Made by a program: the position numbers and the translations under genes. Under the pieces are notes generated by a model, which worked only from the letters and a program-made list of their open reading frames with translations, was not told where the DNA came from and ran no database searches. A stretch of 63,044 bases of DNA, counting the filler, from Octopus bimaculoides (Eukaryota), in assembly GCF_001194135.2 (NCBI RefSeq). It is 6 parts of 6 records of this genome, joined end to end, with 100 filler letters (N's around TTAATTAATTAA, not from the genome) between each part and the next. Parts side by side here need not be neighbours in the genome. Positions count along the whole stretch, not along the records: positions 25,642 to 41,076 come from NC_068999.1; positions 41,177 to 54,988 come from NC_068987.1; 4 more parts are not named here. The stretch is one strand, 5' to 3'. This document shows positions 35,532 to 49,073 of the stretch, one piece after another. Numbering within the stretch: position 1 is the stretch's first letter; the number at the start of each line of letters is the position of its first letter.

Positions 35532-36027
35532 TTCGCAAATGAATCATCTACATTAAGTTGTAGGCAGAGATGGATGCATATTTAACACACATCCATATTG
35601 TGGTTGACATATTTATTAGTGTATGTATATATNNNNNNNNNNNNNNNNNNNNNNNNNNNNNNNNNNNNNNNNNNNNNNNNNNNNNNNNNNNNNNNNNNNN
35701 NNNNNNNNNNNNNNNNNNNNNNNNNNNNNNNNNNNNNNNNNNNNNNNNNNNNNNNNNNNNNNNNNNNNNNNNNNNNNNNNNNNNNNNNNNNNNNNNNNNN
35801 NNNNNNNNNNNNNNNNNNNNNNNNNNNNNNNNNNNNNNNNNNNNNNNNNNNNNNNNNNNNNNNNNNNNNNNNNNNNNNNNNNNNNNNNNNNNNNNNNNNN
35901 NNNNNNNNNNNNNNNNNNNNNNNNNNNNNNNNNNNNNNNNNNNNNNTGCACAAAGAGAACGGTACTGTTATGTGCACACATGCACATAGATATATACGTA
36001 CATATATATGTATGTATATATAATATA

Positions 36028-36096
<69 letters not shown>

Positions 36097-36936
36097 CTAG
36101 AAATACCATTACAGCAAAAGAAGTGACAGCGACTTCGAATTCTCAGCCTAATAATCTTCGTCGGACTGTCAAGAAATAAAATGTCTTGCTCAAGAACCCA
36201 ACACACAGCCGGTCATGGAATCGAACTCACTACCTCACGATCGTGAGCCGGACGCTCTAACCACTGAGCCATAGAGTAACGAAACATTGCATCATTGGGT
36301 CTGTGGTTGCAGCATACTGAAGACATTTTGATGGGTTTGAACCTAATGAGTCCGTGATTAAATTACACCAGCCAGGTGGTCTGGTGTTCTATTGCTTCAG
36401 CCAATTTTTGTGCGACACACCCATGAACTGAATTTCTTTATGATAAATTATTCAATACTGCAGTACAACAACAGCAATACAAATCGATTTTTTATCACAA
36501 GGCAGTCTATAATTCTCAACTAATATTTAAAATATATGACGTGCATACGATTGATATCATTCATTTTATACATGTGTTTGTGAATGTGTGTGTGAGTGGG
36601 CGTGTATATGTGTATATGTTTGTATATCATGTGTCGTCACCTAACGCACAGTTAATACAAGAGAGATGAACATTCCTTCATAGTATTTGCCACGATTAGA
36701 GTTTTAAACATGAAATTAAAGAATAATGGATAATATTTCCCTCAGAAAATTGAGAGAAACCATCAGAGCTCTGTCTACTCGAATCATACCCCGTATGATT
36801 TTTACCAAGCCCGATCCGGTTTGATCTGGAATTAAACCTCAACGGTAACAATAGCAATGACTCTAATACATGTTCTGAGAATTATGTACATGTCAACTGA
36901 GAAAGTTAATTAAATAGAAATTGCTTTTCATTCAAA

Positions 36937-36990
36937 CTTTGTGACTCTTTGTGACTCTTTGTGACTCTTTGTGACTCTTTGTGACTCTTT
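36937..36990. repeat. 10-bp tandem repeat x5
   Basis: (GTGACTCTTT)5. Confidence 0.95.
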
Positions 36991-37455
36991 CAATGAGAGA
37001 AAATAATATTTGAAAATTTTACGCTAAGCGTCAGCATTAGATTGTTGTGCAGTCACTATNNNNNNNNNNNNNNNNNNNNNNNNNNNNNNNNNNNNNNNNN
37101 NNNNNNNNNNNNNNNNNNNNNNNNNNNNNNNNNNNNNNNNNNNNNNNNNNNNNNNNNNNNNNNNNNNNNNNNNNNNNNNNNNNNNNNNNNNNNNNNNNNN
37201 NNNNNNNNNNNNNNNNNNNNNNNNNNNNNNNNNNNNNNNNNNNNNNNNNNNNNNNNNNNNNNNNNNNNNNNNNNNNNNNNNNNNNNNNNNNNNNNNNNNN
37301 NNNNNNNNNNNNNNNNNNNNNNNNNNNNNNNNNNNNNNNNNNNNNNNNNNNNNNNNNNNNNNNNNNNNNNNNNNNNNNNNNNNNNNNNNNNNNNNNNNNN
37401 NNNNNNNNNNNNNNNNNNNNNNNNNNNNNNNNNNNNNNNNNNNNNNNNNNNNNNN

Positions 37456-37509
<54 letters not shown>

Positions 37510-37864
37510 AATGGAGAAAAGGAGAGAGGGAGAGACATAGATAGACAAAGTGATAGTCTGCGTGTATGTATGTGTGTTCCTGTGTGTTTAGATGAAAATG
37601 ACAATGATAGAGATCCGGCGAGATGGCATCCAGAGGTAATTAGACAGAAAAAAGATATAGTCAGATATTGGACGGGGATATATACACAGAGACAAAGAAA
37701 GGGGGAAATGCACGAGAGGGGGGGGGCAATACGCTGTTTTGAGATCTTAACTGCGACAAACAAGTTTCGAACATATGCATAGTCTATATATATATACATA
37801 TATGTATGAATATGTATCTATATGTGCATACGTACATATATACATTCATACATACATACATACA

Positions 37865-37897
<33 letters not shown>

Positions 37898-39381
37898 GTA
37901 AATGTATGTGTATATGTATATATATATATATATATACATATGTTTGTGTTTGAGAGTGTGTCTGTATTTATCTCTTGTGCTGTATGAATACATGAAGTGT
38001 ATTAGAGCCAAGGCTTTAGAATCAAGGTTTGACTCCTATCTCTAGCAGGGTGGTATCTCTTAAATACCCTTAATTATATAATAATTAATATCTATCAGTT
38101 TTATATTCCAATGCTGGCCACCTGATATATATATATATATATATATATACAGAAAGAGAGAGGCAGGCAGACAGATATATAGACAGGTAGGTAGACAAAC
38201 AGACAAGCAGGCAGGCAGGTAGGTAGATAGGTAAGTTTATGTATTGATTGATAAATAGATAGATAGATAGATAGATAGGTAGATAGATAGATAGCTAATC
38301 AGTTAGGTAGGTACATATGTAAATATCACATAGATAGATAGATATATATATAGATATGTAGGTAAACAGACAGATAGATAAATACGTTGATACGTCGACA
38401 GAGTTAATCTGGGATATAGATATATATATACACACACCTACACATATTTGCAGAGAGAGAGAGAGAGGGAGGGAGAGGGAGAGAGAGGGAGAGATAGATG
38501 GTGATGTATAAATAAATATATTAAAAAATTTAGTTGATTTGTTATACAGCTATTATACGCAATGATTTACTGGATAATTAATTAGTAAGCACGGTAATTA
38601 TTTAGATAAGCAGTTGGTTAGTAATTTTAGACATATAGCTAACTAGACATATAGCTAACTAGACATATAATTAGACCGTTAGTAATTTGACAATTAGTTG
38701 GACGTTTATCTAATTGACTAGTTAGTGTGGTGAAAATGCGTGGTCTAATGGTTAGAATGTTTGGATCACAATCTTAAGAGCCTAGGTTCAATTCATGGTG
38801 CAGGCAGGCCTAGGTTCCTTCAAGAAAACGCTATATTTCATATTACTGGTGTCTACTACTCAATTGAAAGCTGGTACTAGCCAGACCCTGCATCATTTCT
38901 AACTCTCGCTGTGACATCGTTATTTCGCTGGGTCAAGTCTCGTTGAGTCAACAGGGCGTCGTTACCCACTAATCCCATATGTTCCCGAAATAGTCAACAC
39001 TCGATTGCCAGTTGCGGCAAACTTTTATTATTTTGTTTTCCAATTAGCGATATTGTGCGGCAGATAGTTGAATTGGTTAACTTATATGCATAATTGATAG
39101 TCATGTCAGTTTATAATCAGCTCCGTAATCAGATAGTGAATTTTAGTTAGTTTGGTAATTAAATAGTTGAAGACCTTGTTAGTTAGATATTTAGAGAGAT
39201 AGTTAATTAAGAAGAGATATAATTAGTTATATAGTTAGTTTGATGTTTCATTACACAGTCAGATAGTCGGTAGGTTAGTTAGCTATTATTTAGGTAAGCA
39301 GATATTCTGCTAGTTAGAAGAGAGTAAAATAGTCCGTAATTTAGTTAAACATAAAGTTAGTTAAACATACACACACACGCA

Positions 39382-39412
<31 letters not shown>

Positions 39413-39717
39413 ACATACATNNNNNNNNNNNNNNNNNNNNNNNNNNNNNNNNNNNNNNNNNNNNNNNNNNNNNNNNNNNNNNNNNNNNNNNNNNNNNNNN
39501 NNNNNNNNNNNNNNNNNNNNNNNNNNNNNNNNNNNNNNNNNNNNNNNNNNNNNNNNNNNNNNNNNNNNNNNNNNNNNNNNNNNNNNNNNNNNNNNNNNNN
39601 NNNNNNNNNNNNNNNNNNATATATATATAGTTGAAATTTGCAGAAAAACAAAAGACGTAGACAGGTGTATGAACTACAAGTAAGTGCATTAGTTTGATGC
39701 TCAGGGAAATGAAAAGG

Positions 39718-39754
39718 TCTTTTACGTTTCGATCCTACGCTCTTCAGCAGAAAG
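39718..39754 (-). ncRNA. Minimal hammerhead-like motif, degenerate
   Basis: Minus strand CTTT-CTGCTGA-A-GAGC-GTAG-GATC-GAAACGTA-AAAG: 4-bp stem I, stem II 3/4, ACGT stem III. Confidence 0.45.
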
Positions 39755-39839
39755 GAACAAGAGGAAATAAAGAGGATGAAAACCCTTGTAGATTTCAGCG
39801 GTCTAGCATATAGAAAGATAGACAGACAGGAATAGAAAT

Positions 39840-39891
<52 letters not shown>

Positions 39892-40335
39892 TTTGATAGA
39901 TGAGTACATAGAGAAGTAGCTTGGGATATACATACATGTGTGTATGTGGGTGTGTGTATGTGGGTTTGTGCATGTATGTATGTATGTATGTATTATACAG
40001 CATAAACTTAGGAGGTGTGAGAGGTGAATATAGTTATTTATCCATATGGCTGCTTCTTCTCGATTACGGTCATTCACACATACATACAATGTAGATAGAC
40101 AGGATACACAGATAGACAGACAGGTAGGTAGATAGATAGATAGAGAGGAACACAGGTAGGTAGGTAGACAGCTAGATAGACTAACAGTCAGACAGGTAGA
40201 GAAGGAAATAATTTGAAAAAGTTAGGCGGTGGAGAGTGTGTGCATATCTGCTTGTATTTGTGAGAGACAAAGATAAAGATAAACGAAAATACGAATTGAA
40301 TTATGAGAGAATAATAGCCAAAGTATTACGCAAAC

Positions 40336-40414
<79 letters not shown>

Positions 40415-40987
40415 AAAGGAGAGAGAAAGAGAGAGAGGGAGAGAGAGATAGAGAGATTAATAGAGGGAAATGAACACTAAAAGAGGGAGTTGGGAATGTA
40501 GAGATAACTTCGGAATTACAGCGAACGTAAAACTAAAATACCTCAACGAGAGAGTTATTCAAGGGAGACAAGATGGATATTTGATAGAGAGGATGTTAGG
40601 TAAAATTGATGGTGAAAATGATGTTAACGTCGAAAGCATATGTTTATGAAAACAAAACAACAAAAAAGAAAAAGAGAAAGGGAAAAATAAATAAGTAAAA
40701 CAAAAACAGATGAACGAACAACCTGCTTATTTCTTTATCTTCGAAATCAATCTGTATAACCATCATGTTTCGTTTCCCAGCAGTGTTTGCTACAATCCAT
40801 TTCCTTCTAGCTACTCTCATTTCCCCTTCCGGTTAAGTAAAAATATAAAAGAGATGTATATATAACATAACGAATGGGTTGTCTCATTTTTTTGCTTTGC
40901 ATTTTTACTTTTGATTCAGTTTTTTTCTTTTATATTTCTTCCCCTCCCTACAGGTTCATCCAGAAGCATTTAAACACACGCACACAC

Positions 40988-41026
<39 letters not shown>

Positions 41027-42184
41027 CACACACATATATATATATATTATATATATATATATATTATATATATATANNNNNNNNNNNNNNNNNNNNNNNN
41101 NNNNNNNNNNNNNNNNNNNNTTAATTAATTAANNNNNNNNNNNNNNNNNNNNNNNNNNNNNNNNNNNNNNNNNNNNAAAAAAACGAATATGAAGGGGAAT
41201 AATTTGCACCAAGGCACATGCAGTTTGAATGGAAAATATTTTTTGTTGATAATGGTATCGCTAACTTTTAGTGCCAGCTTAGCAATAACAACAAAAGCAG
41301 CAACACAGCTTTTCGATTATTACTTCCAAGAAGAAAAAATTGAAGATACACAAAGTTCAGTGAGAGAAATCTGGCAGTTGTGTGTTACAAAGAACTTTTC
41401 TTGCTGGAGGAATTTGCCAAAGAGTTGGTAAGAAGGAAATGATTTCTGAATGACTTCAAATATTGAGTGAAAAATGCCCTAACAGAGGTGTGAATGGATG
41501 TATTTCCATCAACCGGAACAAGGCATACTGTAGAGTAATTATAATCTTCAAGACCGATGCTAATTTTTTCTAAACGAAAATAACTATTTTTTTTTTTAAT
41601 GTCAGCAATTTAATTTGAAAACTTTGCCCTTTGCAAACAAAACTTGCAGCAGAAAAACATGAAACACAGAGTATCTGCGTAACGAAAACATGTGTTTTAT
41701 CGGAAGCTATTGCAGGACCTCGACAAAGAAGAAAAGTGAGCTATAAGTACATTGTCAAGCCGCAGTGTTTTGCCTTTTGTGTCGCCCAAGAGAAGTCGGC
41801 GACAACCTAAGCCGATGCATGAAGTGAAATTTCGTGTATAGAGAGGGAAATGTAACGTAGGACAATTTTCAAAAAGACTACTGGGTGAGGAGACAAACTG
41901 AGTTAGGATTATTTTACAATATACGAAAAAATGTGGTCCACTGTATAAAACTTCCAACCAACATTAATTCTATGTTCACTGTAATGTCCATAGCACAATA
42001 TAAGTAAGTGGTCAGCCTTTAGCAATATTTAACTGAATATGGTCTCTATGGGCGTACAATTTCTGATGATCCCAAAGGTAACAAAATGTTTTTAAAGTAT
42101 GTCTCATTGTGGGTATGTCTCATTGATGACTGATCGTGCTTCTGCAGTAAAGGTCAAAATGAGTTCTGTCCAAAAGAGAAGGAA

Positions 42185-43900
42185 AAAATCTGATGTGTTT
42201 TGTCCACGTCAGCGTTGACACATTCGGGGAATTCTGTCGGTATCTGTCAAACAGTTAGAAACGTCTGAGCATGTTTGCGAAGCTTTTACATTGCACCTCA
42301 CTCTCCTATCAGCTTGCCCTACACAATTCAAACGCGCATCCAAGATGGTGTTCCAGTCGCCCGCTTTCATTAAAGAGCGTGATGTTCCTAGTAAAACTGT
42401 CAAACTCTTGAAGAACTCCGTCTCACCCCTGTCAGAGCATAAAGAGCTACAAGACTGAAAACATCCTCCCCGCTACTATTCACATCTAGGATCACCAATT
42501 TATCTGCAGGGTCCAAGAAGATGGTCCGTATTGCGAGATCCAGGCGTGTGCGAAACAAAATAATAACTCCGTCTTCTAATGCCGGTTGGCTTGGGCATAA
42601 GTAGATCTTGTATCCACCGAAAATGGGAATGAGGGTTTCATTGATGGTCTCTACATCGATATCTTGTGACCTGAGCAAGCGACTTTGCTTCTATGGTAAC
42701 CCCAGACCATATGTTTTCACACTGCCTCTTCTGACTACGGCCAAGTTCGCAGAAAGGGGGGAAAGGGAGAAGTACTTTTGTGGAAGGGCCGGTTTTTGCT
42801 TTCTTCAGAGTTGGAGATTCCAAAGTCCTCTGTGAAGAGCTTTATGTTATAATTGGCAAATGGTAACCCATGTCTTCTGCATCGTTGAAATTTACACTTC
42901 GTAAAGTCTATCGGAAGTTTATGCTATTATTCTATCCTTTTTGTGCTTTTTGAAATATGATTTCATTTCCTTTTCGATCTATACTTAGTTTGGATATTCT
43001 TTATGTATACTACAGTTTTGTTTTGCTAGAGAGTGGCTATGGATTTTATTTTTTTGCAGCAGCCGGTCACACCTCGTAAAACTTTGGTCTTTCTTCGTAG
43101 GTGGAGAGAGTTTCTTCTTCGCAGGAGTTGTACCTTACCATGCTTTTCAATAGCCCTTTTCTTTTCTTTTTCTATTGGGTCTTTCGTTTTTTCCTTTTAT
43201 CTTTAGGAAGTTTGCTTATTGCCACTAAACTGAGAATATTTATGATTTCTTGTTCATTTTTTTCTGCACAAAAATCTTTTAGATGGGTTTTTGCTGCTTC
43301 TTGTGTAATAACTGGATCATCTATTTAGGATACTGAGCTTTATGGTCTTCCTATAAGCACACCCTACAAAACACAACTCTAGAACTATTTGTTGTTTTGC
43401 AGGATCATGAAAACTTGCATGTCCGTGGTGGTCCTGCATCGCCACATAAAACAAAATGTTATACCAGCACTGACCACTTGCTCCTATTGTACTACAAAGA
43501 TGACTACTTCCTAGGAGTCGACATTGACACCAGTGTCTCTGACGGCTACTCTTTTGTCTTACTCCTCAAATATTGTCCAACAAGCTTAAAGTCAAGTGTG
43601 CTTTTTACCTATCCTGTGTTTTAAAAATGACACGCATAGTATCAAATGCCATCCTTCTCCCAATGAGGGATAGTTCAGTTAAAATTGTCAGGGCAGTCTT
43701 CGACTCTTGTTTGCATGAGATAAAATAGCCTATTGCATTCTTGGACAGGCAGAGATAAGTTACTTTCTTCCTCTCTCAGGCCTCTACAATTAATTTATGG
43801 AGGCCTCTATAAATAATTTGGCCCCAGGTCATAGATAATATATTCGCAAGCCTTCAGTCTTCAATAAAATGATACATATTGATAGTTTTCCTACTCGAAA
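42185..43900 (-). mobile_element. Tx1/L1-like non-LTR retrotransposon 5' remnant (ORF1 plus AP endonuclease)
   Basis: Degenerate zinc knuckle FCRVCL*EDHKAQYP near 43370-43320. Downstream: LRSQDIDVETINET...GVIILFRTRLDL...DKLVILDVNSS...FSLVALYA...GDWNTILDARL (APE motifs including GDxN). Frameshifts and stops present. Confidence 0.75.
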
Positions 43901-44387
43901 GAACGCTTGCAAAAGCAATTTTTACAGTCCTTGTTTACACCCGAAGAGATATATTAAAGCACGCTGTTGTTGATGGTGTTGTTAACAAGATTGCACCCAG
44001 TGTAGTTGAAAATGTGTTTTCTATTATTTTGTGTTTACTATTAATATTTGGCGTTACAATGAAAATAGTTTTTTTTTCTTTTTGTTTGTTTACTGTGTGT
44101 GAAATTTTCAGGTTTTCTTTCTCTCTCTCTCTCTCTCCGCCTCCTTTGTGAGAGTGATGTGAAGTATTCGTGGCCATTTGTCAATGACGCGAAAGGGAAA
44201 AAATTAAATTTGTCCAAAAATAAAGCGCAATTTTTTTCTTTTGTAAATCCCCTAAAAAGAAGACTAAATTGCAGGAAGTTATCTGTGAGCGCGTATTTTT
44301 AGTAAAAACTCTATTTCCACATGTAAAATCCTTTTTTTTTTTTTTTCAGAACGAGTTGTAAACAAACCTTTTCACACGCTCACAGTA

Positions 44388-44524
44388 AAGAAGAAGAAGA
44401 AGAAGAAGAAGAAGAAGAAGAAGAAGAAGAAGAAGAAGAAGAAGAAGAAGAAGAAGAAGAAGAAGAAGAAGAAGAAGAAGAAGAAGAAGAAGAAGAAGAA
44501 GAAGAAGAAGAAGAAGAAGAAGAA
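44388..44524. repeat. Pure (AAG)n tract of about 45 units
   Basis: Uninterrupted AAG repeat. Confidence 0.95.
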
Positions 44525-44559
44525 ATGAATGAGGGTGACTGTTACATGTATGTAGGCGT

Positions 44560-44900
44560 ATTGAGGCAGATAGAATTTTCTGTCAAGAAATGGAAGAGAC
44601 AGTGAGAAATGAATAGCGTAAAGAAGGTACTGAGCTCAAAACTGAATGAAGGAAAAGGCATATCTGCAGTAAACATACGGGTAGTGTCTCTAATACGATA
44701 TTCTGCTGCTTTCTTGAACAGGACTAAGGAAGAACTAAAGACATAGATTGCAAAACCAGAAACAATGTCTATGTACACGTCGCTAAGTTCCAGAGACAGT
44801 ACCAATAGGTTATACCTACCATGGAAGGAGGAGTAGAGGACTGATATCAACTGTGTAGAGATGGCAAAACGTAATATAGAAGAGTATGTAAGAAGCAACA
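44560..44900 (+). mobile_element. Degenerate copy of the same R4/Dong-like region
   Basis: KKVLSSKLNEGKGISAVNIRVVSLIRYSAAFL...STNRLYLPWKE aligns by eye to the 30340-30530 translation. Confidence 0.65.
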
Positions 44901-44929
44901 GTAATAAAAATGATAATCTTTTCTGTTAT

Positions 44930-45330
44930 AGACACAAGGCCTGAAATTTTGGTGAAGGGAAACAGTCGATTACAATGACCCCACTGCACTAGTCGAGCTG
45001 TAGTACTTCTTTCGGTTAGTACTCATTTCATCGACCCCTGAAAGAATGAAAGGCAGTGTCGGGTTCAGCGGAATTTGAATCCAAGACTTAAAGACGGGAG
45101 AAATGCTACTAAGCATCCTTGATAATAATGATTTCAAATTTTGGCACAAGACCAGCAAGTTTGGGGAAGTGGGTAAATCGATTACATCGATCCAAGTGTT
45201 CAACTGGTACTTATTTTATCGACTCCGAAAGGATGAAGGTCAAAGAATTTGAACTCAGAGCGTAAAGACGGACGAAATGCCGATAAGCAGTTTGTACGGC
45301 GTGCTAACGATTCTGCCAGTTCTCCACCTT
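44930..45330 (-). mobile_element. Two tandem SINE family A copies
   Basis: Two successive reverse-complement matches (about 44930-45120 and 45135-45330). Confidence 0.8.
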
Positions 45331-45343
45331 GAGCATCCTTAAC

Positions 45344-45436
<93 letters not shown>

Positions 45437-45449
45437 AATAATAATAATA

Positions 45450-45987
45450 AATGCCCTGATGCAGTACCAGGCAATGGCTCTCATGGCTTCTGATCTTAAT
45501 TGATTGGAAGTGCTATCATGTACATTGTTTTGTCTTGGTATAAAAGATGGGCTACAGCAAATATTCTGCTCAATACCACAGATTTACTTGTCAGTTGTTT
45601 GACCTTAACCAGTTGAGCATGTCCCTTGGTGACTGACGATATGTGCATCTCTGATCATGAGCAGAAGTAGTGGGGGAGCATCATNNNNNNNNNNNNNNNN
45701 NNNNNNNNNNNNNNNNNNNNNNNNNNNNNNNNNNNNNNNNACATGGGTGTTTCATTCAACATCCTTAAACAAACCTTATTCAGGGACCTTTTGAGCGGGA
45801 TGGGCTACTCGACATGAAGAAAATTCATGCGCTGTTTATCTTGATATGAGATCACCATGTCGCGCACATATGGTTGTGATGCATGTGCCTGGTGTACCCT
45901 TATCAGACGGGTAGTCAGGATGGGTATAATGGGCTTCGTATAATTTACCCCAGTGTCACTTTGATGGCATGCACTGCTCTCTCACTC

Positions 45988-45990
<3 letters not shown>
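45450..45990. repeat. Putative non-autonomous retroelement bracketed by (AAT)n tracts
   Basis: Non-low-complexity block flanked on both sides by (AAT)n/(GAT)n arrays, with no coding signal. Only one copy is in the window, so repeat status is inferred from recall of octopus repeats. Confidence 0.45.
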
Positions 45991-46035
<45 letters not shown>

Positions 46036-46044
46036 CCTTTTATT

Positions 46045-46175
46045 ATAGGCACAAGACTTGAAATTTGAGGGAGGGCAATAATCGATTACAAGAACCTCAG
46101 TACTCAACTGGTATTTATTTTATCGATCCCTAAAGCACGAAAGTCAAAGTTGACTTCAGCGGAAGTTCAACTCGG
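46045..46175 (-). mobile_element. SINE family A partial copy
   Basis: atcgattac...ctggtatttattttatcgatcc...aaagtcaaagttgacttcagcggaagttcaactc. Confidence 0.75.
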
Positions 46176-47789
46176 AATGATAATAACACTAACAAACATA
46201 CATACATATATACATATATACATATATACATATATACATATATACATCATCATTCTAGGTTTCACGATTCTACACTGTCCAAACAATAATTCTGCTAGTT
46301 GTAAACCATGTCCTGTTCTACATACTTTCTCTTCCAAACAGTACAGTCTACGCACAGAAGACACGACACGCGCCTGCTAAATTTATCGTTCTGTTAAATA
46401 ACACGGTTTGTGTTTGTTTGTGCGTGCGTGTGCGTCTACGTGCGTTTGTGTGTGTGTGCGGAGTACGTGCGTGTGTGTGTGTGTGCGTGCGGACGTGCGT
46501 GCATGCATCTGTTTGTGTGTACGTGTGTGTGTGTTGTACGAAGATTAGTAGTTATACTTATATATTAGTCTGGTTACTCGACCAGATTTTTAATTTTCTT
46601 TTCTATCACATAAACCAGAGACGTAACTCTGAATTTCCTTAATTTCCCGGAAAGTATGCAAGCCCTTATGTATTTATGCGTGTATGTATGTATGTATGTA
46701 TGTATGTATGTATGTATGTATGTATGCATGCATGTTTGTATGTGTGTATGTATTATGTATGTATGTATGTGAGTGTGTGTGTGTGCGTGTGCGGGTGGGT
46801 GTGCGTGTGTTCGTACGTGTGCGTGAGCAGACAGAGTTGGGAAGGTAGGGAAGTAGATAGTAGATATAAATAGATAGGTAGATAGATAGATAGATACATA
46901 GATAGATAGATAATTTTTGCCATCAAATATGNNNNNNNNNNNNNNNNNNNNNNNNNNNNNNNNNNNNNNNNNNNNNNNNNNNNNNNNNNNNNNNNNNNNN
47001 NNNNNNNNNNNNNNNNNNNNNNNNNNNNNNNNNNNNNNNNNNNNNNNNNNNNNNNNNNNNNNNNNNNNNNNNNNNNNNNNNNNNNNNNNNNNNNNNNNNN
47101 NNNNNNNNNNNNNNNNNNNNNNNNNNNNNNNNNNNNNNNNNNNNNNNNNNNNNNNNNNNNNNNNNNNNNNNNNNNNNNNNNNNNNNNNNNNNNNNNNNNN
47201 NNNNNNNNNNNNNNNNNNNNNNNNNNNNNNNNNNNNNNNNNNNNNNNNNNNNNNNNNNNNNNNNNNNNNNNNNNNNNNNNNNNNNNNNNNNNNNNNNNNN
47301 NNNNNNNNNNNNNNNNNNNNNNNNNNNNNNNNNNNNNNNNNNNNNNNNNNNNNNNNNNNNNNNNNNNNNNNNNNNNNNNNNNNNNNNNNNNNNNNNNNNN
47401 NNNNNNNNNNNNNNNNNNNNNNNNNNNNNNNNNNNNNNNNNNNNNNNNNNNNNNNNNNNNNNNNNNNNNNNNNNNNNNNNNNNNNNNNNNNNNNNNNNNN
47501 NNNNNNNNNNNNNNNNNNNNNNNNNNNNNNNNNNNNNNNNNNNNNNNNNNNNNNNNNNNNNNNNNNNNNNNNNNNNNNNNNNNNNNNNNNNNNNNNNNNN
47601 NNNNNNNNNNNNNNNNNNNNNNNNNNNNNNNNNNNNNNNNNNNNNNNNNNNNNNNNNNNNNNNNNNNNNNNNNNNNNNNNNNNNNNNNNNNNNGTGTGTG
47701 TGTGTGTGTGTGTGTGCGTACATTCATTTTCAAAATTATTTCTCACAAGTTTGTTTTAAACAGAAATTCACGATTTTACAAAAACAATA

Positions 47790-47980
47790 GGTTTAGACTT
47801 AGTGATAGGGGTAAAATATAGAAGAAGGGTTTAGCATTGGAGTTTATAGCCAGAGTAAGGATTAGGAATATAGAGATAGGTATAGACTTAGGGTAAGGGT
47901 TTAAGATTATGGTTTAGGGTTCGGAATCAAGGTTACAGTTTGCTGTTAGGATTTGGGGTTAGAAGTTAGGTGAGGTTTAT
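47790..47980 (+). repeat. Highly degenerate TTAGGG-like low-complexity tract
   Basis: Recurring ttaggg/ttagga/ttagaa/ttggggttag variants at about 6-bp phase. Confidence 0.55.
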
Positions 47981-48232
47981 CTGGAAAAGAGAGGGAAAAT
48001 ATCTGAAATTGTGTAAGAATTTATTTGCAGAATCGAAATAGCTTATGATTAAAACATGGAAATCTGAAAAATATTCTTTAAAGAAATTAAACAAGAAAAA
48101 AAGAGATCTGCGTGATGCACTTTCTCCAAAACTCCACTGAGTGTGTTTCCAAATGTTTTGCTATAAGTTATATAAATTGCTTTGCGATATTACTGTTAAT
48201 TCCTTCAGTCGTTAATTCGGGCAATAGTTAGG

Positions 48233-48276
<44 letters not shown>

Positions 48277-48686
48277 CAACAGACTTTATAAATGTGTATG
48301 TTTATGTATGTATATGTGTGCGCGCGCGTATTGGGGTGGTGCGACTTTACTGAAACGTATACGACTCGGGGCCAGGCGCCTGAAAATGTGCCTTCCGACC
48401 CGCTCAGTATATCAACATCTCTTACACATAAATGTGAATCTTCTCAGAAGCTTCACCAAAGCAAAAAAGTAATGCAAGCTGCATAAGTTCGAAGTATTGT
48501 TATTTACACATTCTTGGATTTCTTCAGCTACGATCAAACGCGTTCTCTTGCCGCGTTTTAATCAATCTGAATTTATTCTTGATATCCTCTTATTTTTGTT
48601 TTGCAGCTTTTCCTTTTCCATATTCACTATTCCAACCACAACAGGAAAGAGGCCAACGTCATGAGAGCTAGTTCTGCTTACATGGT

Positions 48687-48750
<64 letters not shown>

Positions 48751-48988
48751 TGTTGTTGTTGTTGTTGTTATTGTGTATGAATTCATCAAATAAGACAGTA
48801 TGTGTATGCGTATATATAAATATATATGTATATATACATATGTATATATGCATATATATGTATGTATGTATTAATGTATACATACATGTACGTGTGCATG
48901 TATCTATATGTATGTGTCTGTTTGTATGTGATTTGTGCGTGCGTGTGAATGTGTGTGTGTGATTTTGTGCGTGAATATGTGTGTGTGA

Positions 48989-49073
<85 letters not shown>

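Noticed and set aside
43397-43624. + strand ORF after a ttttgcag acceptor (DHENLHVRGG...)
   Set aside because: Lies antisense to the Tx1-like ORF1 region; no independent support.
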